From Squalus acanthias (lineage: Eukaryota): a DNA stretch of 64,000 bases. Both the position numbers and the translations under genes were made by a program. Of this stretch, positions 38,376 to 49,664 are shown piece by piece. Each line of letters opens with the position of its first letter. Positions within the stretch are counted from its first letter, which is position 1. The notes under the pieces are model-generated. The model saw nothing but the letters and a program-made list of their open reading frames with translations, made no database searches and was not told where the DNA came from. The DNA lies in assembly GCA_030390025.1 (NCBI GenBank), contig CM059431.1:131380001-131444000 (forward strand), in the 5' to 3' direction.

Positions 38376-39890
38376 TTTCTATGTCTTTCTTTCCTTCTTT
38401 CCTTCCTAATTGCTGAAGCCCTCTAGGAAATTAGGGATGAAATGGCTCTGTTGTCTGATTTTATAGTGATGTACATTCTTTCTTCACTGGACCCAAACCT
38501 TTTTTCCCCCCTTCTAAACCTTTTTAATGGTTTTGCTATTTGAGGGTGCACGATCTTTCTGTTTGAGAATGTTCATTGCAGGCATGCAGTGTCAGCATGA
38601 AACATTGCCAAGTCAGGTTGGGGGCAGAGTAATCTCCTTCTCGTCTGTCCTAACGATGTGTCTCATCTTGAAGCTGAGAACAGTAACCCTTACGGACCAG
38701 TGTGGCATTTCTATTTCTGCACAAGCTATCTATATAGTCTTGCTGTGGGCCTACATGGCTTATGGCTGTACACCATCAGGGCTTTTCTTAACACTTTAGG
38801 CTTTCCATTGCATGAGTTGCTCATATTTCCATACATACTGTCAGAGCCAGTAGCAGGAATATTTTCATGCTATCAGTCTGGGCTAGATTCAAAGCTTGGT
38901 CGCAGAGGCGAAAGCAGTGTGCTAATCCACTCATCAACCGGTTCCTATTCCATCAGAAAACTCATGGGGAGTGATGGACAGCAAATGCTGCAAGCACAAA
39001 ACAGTATAGACATTCAAAATAAAATATAACTAGTCAATCGCTCGTGGCACTGCACACGGTAAGCTCAGAATATTGTCACTCTCTTACATGTCTCAAATGT
39101 CTTTGTGTTGCTGATTCTCTCCGTGTCTCCTCTTCAGCTTCTGTGTCTCGCTTTTTCTTTGCTGCTACTGCCCCTTAACTCTCTTTGTTTTTCTGTCCTC
39201 TTCTGCTTCGCTCTCTCTCTCTGGTTTTGCTTTTTTCCTTTTGAGTGGTGTGGCAGGAAAAGGAGCCACCAACCACTGCAGGCAATATTTGGGGTGGAAA
39301 TTCATGGAAAATGTAGCCCTTAGTGGCTCCCATCCCATCCCCAGTCGCTTATGCTTTTCCCTTATCCCCTCAACCTCATTATGTTCCCTACATGTTGACC
39401 TTCCCACTATCCGTTTCCCCACCTATCAAACCTCACTCTCAACATTTCCTCTTTGAATGACCCACTCAATCTCTGTATCTTCCCCTTTCCCTTGCTCCAA
39501 TGTTACTCACTTCACCTTTAACTTTATGTCCATTCTCCCTCAATCCCCTCAAAGTTGGGTTACTTAGAGACCAGAGGCCCCTCACCCTCAATGAGCTTCC
39601 CTCCTCCCCTCCCCCATGTCTTTCCCTCAAAGATGGTTTGTTTGAATTCGAAATTCAACTTGTTTTTAAAACAAAATAGAATGAGGAAAAAACTGCCAGT
39701 TTGCGTTTCTCTCTCTTTGTGTCTTCTCTTTTTTTCTCTTTCTGTCTCTCTGTGCCTACGGGGAATTTTAACTCCCAGGTGGAAAACTGGTTGGACATGT
39801 GGGCTGCCCGGCCTTGAGCTGCTGTGAGAGGCCCAGTGCATTGTAATGGCTGAGTCCCGTTAAAATTCCACCGGCAAGCTGCACGTCTGA

Positions 39891-40013
39891 GATGGTGTCC
39901 AGAGTCAGCTCACCGGCTTTGATGGGTGTCCAGAGTCAGCTCACCGGCTTTGATGGGTGTCCAGAGTCAGCTCACCGGCTTTGATGGGTGTCCAGAGTCA
40001 GCTCACCGGCTTT
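39891..40013 (+). repeat. Tandem repeat, 31-bp unit x4
   Basis: GATGGGTGTCCAGAGTCAGCTCACCGGCTTT head-to-tail with no spacers; the first unit is 1 nt shorter. Confidence 0.95.
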
Positions 40014-40356
40014 GGGCCAATGAAGATCAGGTGACCAGGAGGCCACCAGGACGGCAGTCAGCTAAGTTAAAGTGGAGGGGGGTTTGGGAGGATTTTTCGG
40101 GTAGGAAGGTGGTGGCGTCTTTGTGGGTCCCCACATAATGGCCGCGATTTCGCCAGCCGTGACATGTCCGGTGCGGCCGGAGGAGACAGCAATCTCAAAC
40201 CCCGCTCCCATCTTCATCCCGCCTCCTCCAAGTGATTTTGCCCTGACTGGGCTTGTTAAGCCCGCCCTGCGAGGTTACCGGCCAATTAAAAGGAAGCGGG
40301 TCTGATGACGCATCATCAGCCGGTTTCCTTAAAGGGTCCATGACTACATTCATTTT

Positions 40357-40568
40357 TGAGAGGTCGCACAACACCAGGTTATAGTCCAACAGTTTTATTT
40401 GAAATCACAAGCTTTCGGAGCTATCGATTTGCTCCTTCCTCACCTGAGGAAGGAGCAAATCGATAGCTCCGAAAGCTTGTGATTTCAAATAAAACTGTTG
40501 GACTATAACCTGGTGTTGTGCGACCTCTCAATTTTGTCCACCCCAGTCCAACACCGGCATCTCCGCAT
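40357..40568. mobile_element. Penelope-derived hairpin mini-element (family 2)
   Basis: Perfect 87-bp inverted arms (40356-40442, 40445-40531) plus a ~37-nt tail; 18-bp TSD CATGACTACATTCATTTT (40339-40356, 40569-40586). Confidence 0.92.
40440..40482 (+). ncRNA. Minimal type I hammerhead ribozyme
   Basis: UCAC-CUGAGGA-A-GGAGC(loop)GCUCC-GAAA-GCUU-GUGA; helix I UCAC/GUGA; palindromic AGCU helix III. Confidence 0.82.
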
Positions 40569-41505
40569 CATGACTACATTCATTTTGACAGTTGTGTTGT
40601 CAGTGTTCTACAGCGTTGAGGTGCTGCAAACACTGACACCCAGGTTCTCCAGTGACTCCCTCCATATGCTTATATTATATTTGGGCCAATGAAGATCAGG
40701 TGACCAGGAGGCCACCAGGACGGCACATATGCTTATGGAGGGAGTCACAGCAAGCAGGGAGGTTCTCTTCCCTTCCAATGGGCGGAAGAGACCTCCCCAG
40801 GACACCAACGCAGCCTGGCTACACATTGCACAGGAGGGCACAAGCAGGGACAAGCAGTGACCATAATTCTGTTAGATTTAAGGTAGTTATGGAAAAGGAC
40901 AAGGATAGACCAGGAATAAAAATTCTAAATTGGGGAAAAGCAAATTTTACTAAGCTCAGAGGGGATTTAGCCATAGTGGACTGGAAACAGCTACTTGAAG
41001 GTAAATCAGTGTCAGAGCAGTGGGAGGCATTCAAGGAGGAGATCCGGAGGGTTCAGACCAAATATGTGCCCTTAAAGAAAAAAGCTAGGAAAAAAGGTGG
41101 TAGAGCCCCCTGGATGTCTAGAGACATACAGGGTAGGATAAAGAAAAAAAGGGAGGCGTATGACAGATACCGAGGGCTAAATACTCCAGAATCTTCAGAG
41201 GAGTACAGAAAGTGCAGGGGTGCAATTAAAAAGGATATTAGGAAAGCAAAGAGAGAGCATGAAAAATTCTTGGCAAGTAAAATCAAGGAAAACCCAAAGA
41301 TGTTTTATAAATATATTAAGAGTAAGAGGATAACTAAAGAAAGGGTAGGGCCTATTAGAGATCATGAGGGTAATCTGTGTGTGGAGGCGGGAGACGTCGG
41401 TAGGGTTCTTAATGAATGCTTTGCGTCTGTTTTCGCAAAGGGGAGGGGCAAAACAGACATTGCTATCGGGGGGAGCATTGTGAAATATTAGATGAAATAA
41501 ACATA

Positions 41506-41728
41506 AATGAGAAGTCGCACAACACCAGGTTATAGTCCAACAGATTTATTTAAAATTACAAGCTTTCGGAGCTGTCGCCCCTTCGTCAGGTAAAGGTGCA
41601 ATGAAGGAAGACGAAGGGGCGACAGCTCCGAAAGCTTGTAATTTTAAATAAATCTGTTGGACTATAACCTGGTGTTGTGCGACTTCTCATTTTTGTCCAC
41701 CCCAGTCCAACACCGGCATCTCCGCATC
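41506..41728. mobile_element. Penelope-derived hairpin mini-element (family 2) nested in CR1
   Basis: Perfect 83-bp arms (41505-41587, 41610-41692), 22-nt loop, same tail as 40532-40568; 14-bp TSD ATGAAATAAACATA (41492-41505, 41729-41742). Confidence 0.92.
41556..41593 (-). ncRNA. Minimal type I hammerhead ribozyme
   Basis: Minus strand UUAC-CUGACGA-A-GGGGC(GACA)GCUCC-GAAA-GCUU-GUAA. Confidence 0.82.
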
Positions 41729-44700
41729 ATGAAATAAACATAGTGAGAGAGGAAGTATTAAGGGGTTTAGCAGCTTTAAAAGTGGATTAATCCCCAGGCC
41801 CGGATGAAATGTATCCCAGGCTGTTAAGCAAAGCAAAAGAGGAAATAGCAGAGGCCCTGACCATCATTTTTCAATCCTCTCTGGCTTCAGGTGTGGTGCC
41901 GGAGGACTGAAGGACTGGTAATGTGGTACCCTTGTTTAAAAAGGGAGAAAAGGATAGACCGAGTAATTACAGGCCAGTCAGCCTAACCTCGGTGGCGGGA
42001 AAATTATTGGAAAGAATTCTGAAGGACAGGATAAATCTTCATTTTGAAAGACACGGATTAATGAAGGATAGTCAGCACGGATTTGTTAAGGGAAGGTCGT
42101 GTCTGACAAACTTGATTGAATTTTTTGAGGAGGTAACAAGGAGGGTAGATGAGGGTAGTGCATTTGATGTAGTGTATAGGGACTTTAGCAAGGCTTTTGA
42201 TAAGGTTCCACATGGCAGACTGGTCACGAAGTTAAAAGCCCATGGGATCCAGGGCAAAGTGTCAAGTTGGATTCAAAACTGGCTCGGTGACAGGAAGCAG
42301 AGGGTAATGGTTGATGGGTGTTTTTGTGACTGGAAGGCTGTTTCCAGTGGAGTTCCACAAGGCTCAGTACTAGGTCCCTTGCTTTTTGTGGTTTATATCA
42401 ATGAACTAGACTTGAATATAGGGGGTATGATTGAGAAGTTTGCAGATGATACTAAATTCGGCTATGTGGTTGATACTGAAGAGGGAAGCTGTAGACTGCA
42501 GGAAGATATCAATAAATTGGTCAGGTGTGCAGAACAGTGGCAAATGGAATTCAATCCGGAGAAGTGTGAGGTAATGCATTTGGGGAGGGCTAACAAGGAA
42601 AGGGAATACACATTAAATGGTAGGACACTGAGTAGTGTAGAGGAACAAAGGGACCTTGGAGTGCATATCCACAGATCCCTGAAGGTAGCAGGCCAGGTAG
42701 CTAAGGTGGTTAAGAAGGCATACGGAATGCTTGCCTTTATTAGCCGTGACATAGAAAACAAGAGCAGGGGGGTTATGCTTCAACTGTACAAAACACTAGT
42801 TAGGCCTCAGCTAGAGTACTGCGTGCAGTTCTGGTCACCACATTACAGGAAAGATGTGATTGCACTAGAGAGGGTACAGAGGAGATTTACAAGGATGTTG
42901 CCGGGAGTAGAGAATCTTAGCTATGAGGAAAGACTGGATAGGCTGGGTCTGTTTTCCTTGGAACAGAGTAGATGAGGAGAGACCTTATTGAGGTGTATAA
43001 AATTATGAGGGGCCTAGATAAAGTGGATAGAAAGGACCTATTTCCCTTAGCAGAGGGGTCAAAAATCAGGGGGCACAGATTTAAAGTAATTGGTGGAAGG
43101 TTTAGAGGGGATTTGAGGGGAGATTTCTTCACCCAGAGGGTTGTGGGGGTCTGGAATTCACTGCCTGAAAGGGTGGTAGAGGCAGGAACCCTAACCACAT
43201 TTAAAAAGTACTTGGATGTGCACTTGGGATCCTCTAACCTGCAGGGCAACGGACCAAGAGCTGGGAAGTGGGATTAGGCTGGATAACTCTTTGTTGGCCG
43301 GCGCGGACACGATGGGCCGAAATGGCCCCCTTCCGTGCTGTAACTTTCTATGATTCTATGATGTTATCAGGAGGACCAGGCTGCAGTGGCGCAAACCTTT
43401 CAATGATCACAGTAGATCACGAAATGTTACTGCAAAGCCACACTCAACCTCATCCTCCTGTGCCACTAATCACATCCCCATCACTCTGCCTTCCCTACCC
43501 TACTCCTGCACATCCTTACTCACACCAACTTACCTTACACCTCCACCCATCCCTCTCTATCTACATTATCACTTCCCCATTTCACTAGCCACCCCTCACA
43601 CTCACCCTCATCCTTGTCCAATAATTCAAACTAACAACACACAAGGATAGGCACTTGGTGCTTCAGCCAATGTTTGTGCTTCAGCCAATGTTCGTGTAAA
43701 GTTTCTGTTGCTGTGTTGTCAAACATTGAAATCTTTATTTTCATCACTTTGCCTTCTTGGACAGATTGGTGTGCACCTTTGGAAGTGTCTTAGTGAGTTC
43801 CAATGAATGGTGAGACATACCATCCCCACCAGCCCCCCCCCCCCCCCGCCCCCCCCCCCACCCACCAATGGTGATGAGTGTGAAAGGAATAGCTTGGACA
43901 TTGTAGGGATGCTTTATGGTGCTGGTGGTGCCAACCTGCTGCATCATGTGGCAGCCAGGGTGTACAGTGTTAAGTAAAGCAAATCTGGACATGTTGAGGC
44001 CATCGCTGGTGTCCTGGGCAGCAATGTGCACGGGTGATGATGCCCTGTGTCCAGTGCCACATCAGTTGATTGCGGAGAAGGTTGGTGTGGATGTTGGTGC
44101 TGATGGTGTGTCCGGTGATGCTGGTGTTGTGGCTGATTGTGGTGGAATTCTGAGGACCAAGGTGAGATTTTTTCAAGGGCACTGATGCTGATGGAATAGA
44201 TGGCAGCTGAGGTTGAGATGACAGAAGCGATCTGTCAATGGTGAGATAGGTTGTTCCAATGAGGTGACACTGGATAGAGAGTTTGCGCCAAACACTTGCA
44301 ACCTGCATAAAGCTCAATCTGTCTTCCAAATGCAGTAAGCAACAGCTTCTAACCTTGGAAAGTGAAGACCTATGAAATGGAAGCTTTCGTAGACCATTTA
44401 TTGCTGTCAGGTTAGTAAATCATTCCATGCTGACACAACACCCGACCTACTTACCTGATGTGATCCCTGCGCTCCTGGAAACTCGTTAAAAACCTGGTAA
44501 AATGGTAAGCACATGGTAAAATCCTGCTTAACTACCTTTTAACAAGCTTTTAAGTATCTAACTTGGCTGACCCGCTGCTTGGTGTTGGGTCTGTTCAGGA
44601 TTGACAGACCCGACACTTGGGAAACTGACAAGGAGGAGGGTTTACAGCGGGATACCGACCCGCTGTCAGTCTTTTTGATTTTGACAGTGGACCCGCCTCC

Positions 44701-45214
44701 AAACCCACACTCTGAGCGCCGGCAAAATTCTGGCCAATAAGTTTTACATTTGCCTCACAGGGGCTCCGGGTTTTACTGAGCAGGGCAGTTAAAATTTCAT
44801 AATAACAACAGAAAACGCTGGAAAACCTCAGCAGGCCAGGCAGCATCCATGGAGAGAGAAACAGAGTTAAGTTTCAGGTCGAAGACCTTTCGTCAGAACT
44901 GGAAAAAAGCAGGAAATGGAATAGATTTTAAAGCAAGTTTAGGGGCTGGGAAAGGGGGAGGGGATGAAAGAACAAAAGGGAAGGTCAGTGATAGGATAGA
45001 AAGCAGGAGAGATTAAGAGACATTGAGAGACATTAAGAGATATTCAAGGCAAGAGGAGGTGGTAATGTGACAGGTTGAGGAACAAAGGATGGCTCTAGGT
45101 GAAGTGTGAATTGCGCTGGCAGAATGAAGGACAGCTGCCATGTGGGAGGGAAGAAAAAAAGGCCAAACAAAAAGTGTGGATAAAAAATATATATATATGT
45201 GATAGGGGCCGAGG

Positions 45215-47941
45215 TTATGATCTGAAATTGTTGAACTCTATGTTGAGTCCAGAGGGCTGTAGAGTGCCTAATAGAAAGATGAGGTCTGTTCCTCGAGCTT
45301 CCGTGGAACAATGCAAGAGGTCGAGGACGGTGAGGTCTGAGTGGGAATGGAGCGGTGAATTAAAGTGACAGGCCACCAGGAGCTCGGGGTCCCCCTTACG
45401 GACTGAACGGAGGTGTTCCGCAAAGCGGTCACCCAATCTGCGTTTGGTCTCCCCAATGTAGAGGAGACCGCATCGTGAGCAGCGAATACAGTATACTAAA
45501 TTGCAAGAAGTACAAGTAAATCGCTGTTTCACCTAGAAGGGGTGTTTGGGGCCCTGAACAGTGGGAAGGGGGGAGGTATAAGGGCATGTGTTGCATCTCC
45601 TGCGCTTGCATGGGAAGGTGCCGGGTGAAGGGGAAGGGGTGCTGGGGGTGGTCGAGGAGTGGACTAGGGTGTCGCGGAGGGAGCGGTCCCTACGGAATGC
45701 TGAAAGGGGAGGTGAGGGGAAGATGCATTTGGTGGTGGGATCACGCTGGAGGTGGCGGAAATGGCGGAGGATGATCCGTTGAATGTGGAGGCTGGTGGGG
45801 TGAAAGGTGAGGACAAGGGGTACTCTATCGTGTTTCCGGGAGGGATGGGCAGGGGTGAGGGCAGAAGTGCGGGAGATAGAACTGACACGGTCGAGGGCCA
45901 TGTCAACCACAGTAGAGGGGAATCCTCGGTTGAGGAAAAAGGAAGACATGTCGGAAGCACTGGTATGGAAGGTGACGTCGTCAGAGCAGATGCGGCGGAG
46001 ACGGAGAAACTGGAAGAATGGAATAGAGTCCTTACAGGAGGCGGGGTGGGAGGAAGTGTAGTCCAAGTAGCTGTGGGAGTCGGTGGGCTTGTAGTGAATG
46101 TTTGTCAATAACCTATCCCCAGAGATGGAGACGGAGAAGTCGAGGAAGGGAAGGGAAGAGTCGGAGATGGACCATGTGAAAGTGAGGGAAGGGTGGAAAT
46201 TGGAAGCAAAGTGAATGAAATTTTCTAGTTCAGGGCGAGAGCAGGAGACGGCACCGATACAATCATCAATGTACCGGAAAAAGAGGTGAGGGAGGGGACC
46301 CGAGTAGGACTGAAACAAAGAGTGTTCCACATATCCCACGAAAAGGCAGGCATAGCTAGGACCCATGCGGGTACCCATAGCAACACCTTTGATTTGGAGG
46401 AAATGGGTGGAGTCAAAGGAGAAGTTGTTCAATGTGAGAACAAGTTCAGCCAGGCGGAGGAGGGTGGTGGTGGATGGGCACTGGTTGGGCCTCTGTTCAA
46501 GGAAGAAGCGGAGCGCCCTCAGACAATCCTGGTGGGGGATGGAGGTGTAGAGGGATTGTACGTCCATAGTCAAAAGGAGGCGGTTGGGGCCGGGAAACTG
46601 GAAACTGTTTAAAGTGGCGGAGGGCGTCGGAAGAGTCGCGGATGTAGGTGGGAAGAGCTGGACAAGGGGAGAAAAAATAGAGTCGAGATAGGAAGAGATA
46701 AGTTCCGTGGGGCAAGAACAGGCTGAAACGATGGGTCTACCAGGGCAGTCCTGTTTGTGGATCTTGGGAAGGAGGTAGATGCGGGCTGTGCGGGGTTGGG
46801 GAACTATGAGGTTGGCGGCTGTGTGGGGAAGATCTCCAGAGGAGATGAGGTCAGTGACAGTCTTGGAAACGGTGGCTTGATGTTCGGTAGTGGGGTTATG
46901 GTCCAGGCGGAGGTAGGAGGAGGTGTCGGAGAGTTGGCGTTCAGCTTCCGCTAGGTAGAGGTCGGTTCGCCAAACAACAACAGCACCACCCTTGTCAGCA
47001 GGTTTAATGACAATGTCGGGGTTGGATCTGAGAGAATGAAGTGCTGCAAGTTCAGAGGGAGGTAGGTTGGATTGAGTGAGGGGAGCAGAGAAATGGAGAC
47101 GGCCGATGTCACAGCGGTAGTTTGCAATGAAAAGATCTAGAGAGGGTAAGAGGCCAGAGGGAGGGGTCCAGGTAGAACGAGAATTCTGAAAGCGGAAGAA
47201 AGGATCAGCTATGCGGGGAAAGACTCCTGGCCAAAGAAGTGGGCACGGAGGCGAAAAAGAGCTCAGCATCGTGCCGAGCTCGAAATTGATTAAGGTGGGG
47301 GCGTAAGGGGATGAAGCTCAGGCCTTTGCTGAGGACTGATCGATCGGTGTCAGAGAGGGGAAGGTCAGAAGGGATAGTGAAAACGCGGCAGAGGGTGAGA
47401 TTGGGAGAAGGGGGGTCAGAGGAAAGTGAAGGGGAAGAAGGTTCCGGAGGGGCGTTGGTGTTCAAGAGTTGATGAAGCTTGCGATCCTTGACATCAGAAA
47501 GGAAGAAAAAAAGTTTTTTGTTGAAGCGTCGGATGAGTCGAAGGATGAAATGGAACTGTGGACCCGGACAGCTTTGAGATAGAGTGCGTCGGTGCTGCTG
47601 AAGGGAGAGATCGAGAGTGTTCATGTGGCGGCGCATGGCGTTGAGCGTGGATCTCAAGATGTGGCGAGAGCAGTAGTTCGAGGAACGATGAATATCTTGG
47701 AGATATTTGTAATCCTGGGTGGATCCGAAACACGAAGGGTGGAAGTTTAGTTCGAATCCACGTGGAATAAGTCGGAACCGGAGACAGTTGCTGAGGAAAG
47801 AGATGTGGCTGTGAAACCGAGTCTTGGCAGATACCTGATCAAACACGAGAAGGGAAACTAAAGCAATGAAGATGAGCAAGGTTGAAGAGACAAACGGAAA
47901 TCCCGTCGAAGAGAAGAGCAGAACTTCTTCAAGGTGGGCAT
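45215..47941 (-). pseudogene. Penelope RT + GIY-YIG endonuclease polyprotein (several frameshifts, stop at 45533)
   Basis: IKPADKGGAVVV, YLLPKIHK..GRPIVS, TMDVQSLYTSI, QIKGVAMG, RYIDD, Cys linker PCKRRRCNTC, and LVYCIRCSRCGLLYIGETKRRLGDRFAEH. Likely start MPTLKKF at 47941. Confidence 0.92.
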
Positions 47942-48076
47942 TCCCAGAAGAGAGGTGGCAGTGAACCAAACACTAATACAATAGCAAAATACTGCAGATG
48001 CTGGAAATCCAAAATAACAACAGAAAATGCTGGAAAAACTCAGCAGGACAGGCAGCATCTGTGGAGAGAGAAACAG

Positions 48077-48113
48077 AGTTAACGTTTCAGGTCGAAGACC
48101 TTTCGTCAGAACT
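48077..48113 (-). ncRNA. Minimal type I hammerhead ribozyme in the pLTR
   Basis: Minus strand AGUU-CUGACGA-A-AGGUC(UUC)GACCU-GAAA-CGUU-AACU; the twin at 44865-44900 lacks one helix III base. Confidence 0.82.
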
Positions 48114-48229
48114 GGAAAAAAGCAGGAAATGGAATGGATTTTAAAGCAAGTTTAGGGTCTCTCCTGCTTTCTATCCTATCACTGACCTTCCCTTTTGTTC
48201 TTTCATCCCCTCCACCTTTTCCCAGCGGG

Positions 48230-48563
48230 GCTAAAAATAAACTTACCTTTTTTAAAGTATTTTTACATTATAAATGAGTGAAAAAAAATTATTTTTTTAA
48301 CTTTTTTAAACTCTTATGCTGGTAAAAGCACGCCTTACGCTTTTACCAGGCATAAGATGTTTAAGGAATTTCAGCGGGCGGAGGTTCTGCAGAAAGTGGA
48401 ACTCTCTGCCCGCGGAGGCCCTTCTCCAGGGCAGGCGCAGGATCTGTCAAGAGGATTCTTGACAGATCGGACGTGCTGGTTTTCAGCGCATGTGCTTCGC
48501 ATGCCTGAAACCGGCACTTGCGAGGTCCCTACGGGTGTGTACACAGCTCAGAAATTACGGGCC
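48230..48563. mobile_element. Right half of a Harbinger-type MITE (family of 1-660 and 36165-36905)
   Basis: Ends GAAATTACGGGCC; shares CCGG/CTGG-TTTTCAGCGCATG..GCATGC..AAACCGGCA palindrome; left half absent. Confidence 0.72.
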
Positions 48564-49425
48564 ATTAAATGTTAAGTACCACTGCAGTTTCTGTATAATC
48601 AGCACAGTAACAATGGTATTAAATTGCCTAACAAGTAGTTAAAATGACTAATTAGTGATATGCCAATTCTTCCAATGATTGTGTATTAGTCTATATCTTA
48701 AAGTGCCTCTTCAGGCAACATATTTGTCTGTCTTTAATTTTCAAAATCTAATTTTGATGCTGCTCTTCTGTACGTCCCGCCAGGACCTGTGACAGTTTCT
48801 CACTTCAGAAATGATCATCAGAGCTTTTCATAACACTTGAATAGTCCCAATGCATGAGCTGTGACTTTTGTCATTTCTCATCAAAATATGAATCAGATTA
48901 CTGTATGTAAATGTCTCTTTATCCCATCCTCGCTGGTTCAGTCAACAAAGAGACAAAATGCTATTGTCTGCTGGTAATCTAAAATAAATTGTTTTCTCAG
49001 CTGGAGGGAGTACCAATCAAAGGGTTGAGCAGTGTCCTTTAGATGTAACGGTCTAGACTGGGGAGAAAAACCAGATGCAAATAACCGTAAGCACAAATGA
49101 TTCCGAAATAGGCTTCCACTTTGCTCAGGTGTAAATACAGTTTTTTTTTGTTTTGATTTTTTTTTTGAAAACACACTGGTATCATGATATGCCTTTATTA
49201 GTTATGAGCTCTAATAGTGGAAGACAGGTGGAGGAAGAAATATGCAAACAAATTAGGGAAATGAGTAACAAACATAGAATAATAATCATGAGGGATTTCA
49301 ACTACCGCAAAATTATTTGGCCAAAAGAGGTAGGTAAAGGGAATAAGGGAATGAAGTTCCTGCAATGTGTACAGGACTCCTTTCTAACCCAGTATGTAAG
49401 AAGCCCAACAAGTGAGGATTCGCTA

Positions 49426-49664
49426 ATACAATAGCAAAATACTGCGGATGCTGGAAATCTGAAATAACAACAGAAAATGCTGGAAACACTCAGCAGGTCA
49501 GGCAGCATCCGTGGAGAGAGAAACAGAGTTAATGTTTTAGGTCTGTGACCCTTCGTCAGAACAGTTCTGACGAAGGGTCACAGACCTGAAACGTTAACTC
49601 TGTTTCTCTCTCCACAGATGCTGCCTGGCTTGCTGAGTGTTTCCAGCATTTTCTGTTGTTATTT
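49426..49664. mobile_element. Penelope-derived hairpin mini-element (family 1) nested in CR1
   Basis: ~100-bp imperfect arms centred at ~49563 plus a ~36-nt tail on the left; TSD AAGTGAGGATTCGCTA / AAGGGAGGATTCACTA (49410-49425, 49665-49680); sequence matches the pLTR at 47975-48113. Confidence 0.9.
49563..49599 (+). ncRNA. Minimal type I hammerhead ribozyme
   Basis: AGUU-CUGACGA-A-GGGUC(ACA)GACCU-GAAA-CGUU-AACU; the opposite arm has GAAA changed to AAAA. Confidence 0.8.

Larger units (their letters stand above)
40850..43362 (+). mobile_element. CR1 LINE ORF2 (5'-truncated) and 3' UTR
   Basis: SDHN endonuclease end; 350-aa RT frame 41923-42975 ([23 protein letters not shown]); TTCTATGATTCTATGA tail. 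Confidence 0.94.
40140..44735. mobile_element. Deleted Harbinger transposon with a Myb remnant, hosting a CR1 and two Penelope hairpins
   Basis: Ends GGCCGCGATTTCGCC / GGCAAAATTCTGGCC; TSD AAT (40137-40139, 44736-44738). Myb remnant TPRFSSDSLHML..MEGVTASREVLFPSNGRKRPPQDTNAAWLHIAQE resumes after the CR1 (~43367) as RRTRLQWRKPFND. Confidence 0.85.
39760..44798. mobile_element. Outer short MITE split by a nested Harbinger (own sequence ~39760-40139 and 44736-44798)
   Basis: Left end GGGGAATTTTAACT; right end AGTTAAAATTTC lacks its terminal C-run at the Penelope junction. Confidence 0.55.
44800..48226 (-). mobile_element. Near-full-length Penelope-like retroelement (family 1, Neptune-like) with direct pseudo-LTRs and a terminal inversion
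   Basis: Direct repeat ~44800-44944 vs ~48012-48157; 48160-48226 is the reverse complement of ~44945-45010; RT + GIY-YIG ORF lies between. Confidence 0.93.

Noticed and set aside
39891..40013. 31-bp repeats as a CRISPR array
   Set aside because: Units are head-to-tail with no spacers, there are no cas genes and the context is eukaryotic.
41923..42975. Active LINE RT gene
   Set aside because: The element is 5'-truncated, has upstream stops and frameshifts, and carries a hairpin insertion.
43830..43866. Poly-C/G tracts as functional G-quadruplexes (also 6531-6544, 15285-15305)
   Set aside because: Homopolymer expansions inside transposons with no other evidence of function.
45586..46954. Plus-strand ORFs over the Penelope RT, and similar antisense ORFs over CR1s
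   Set aside because: Shadow frames of transposon coding sequence.
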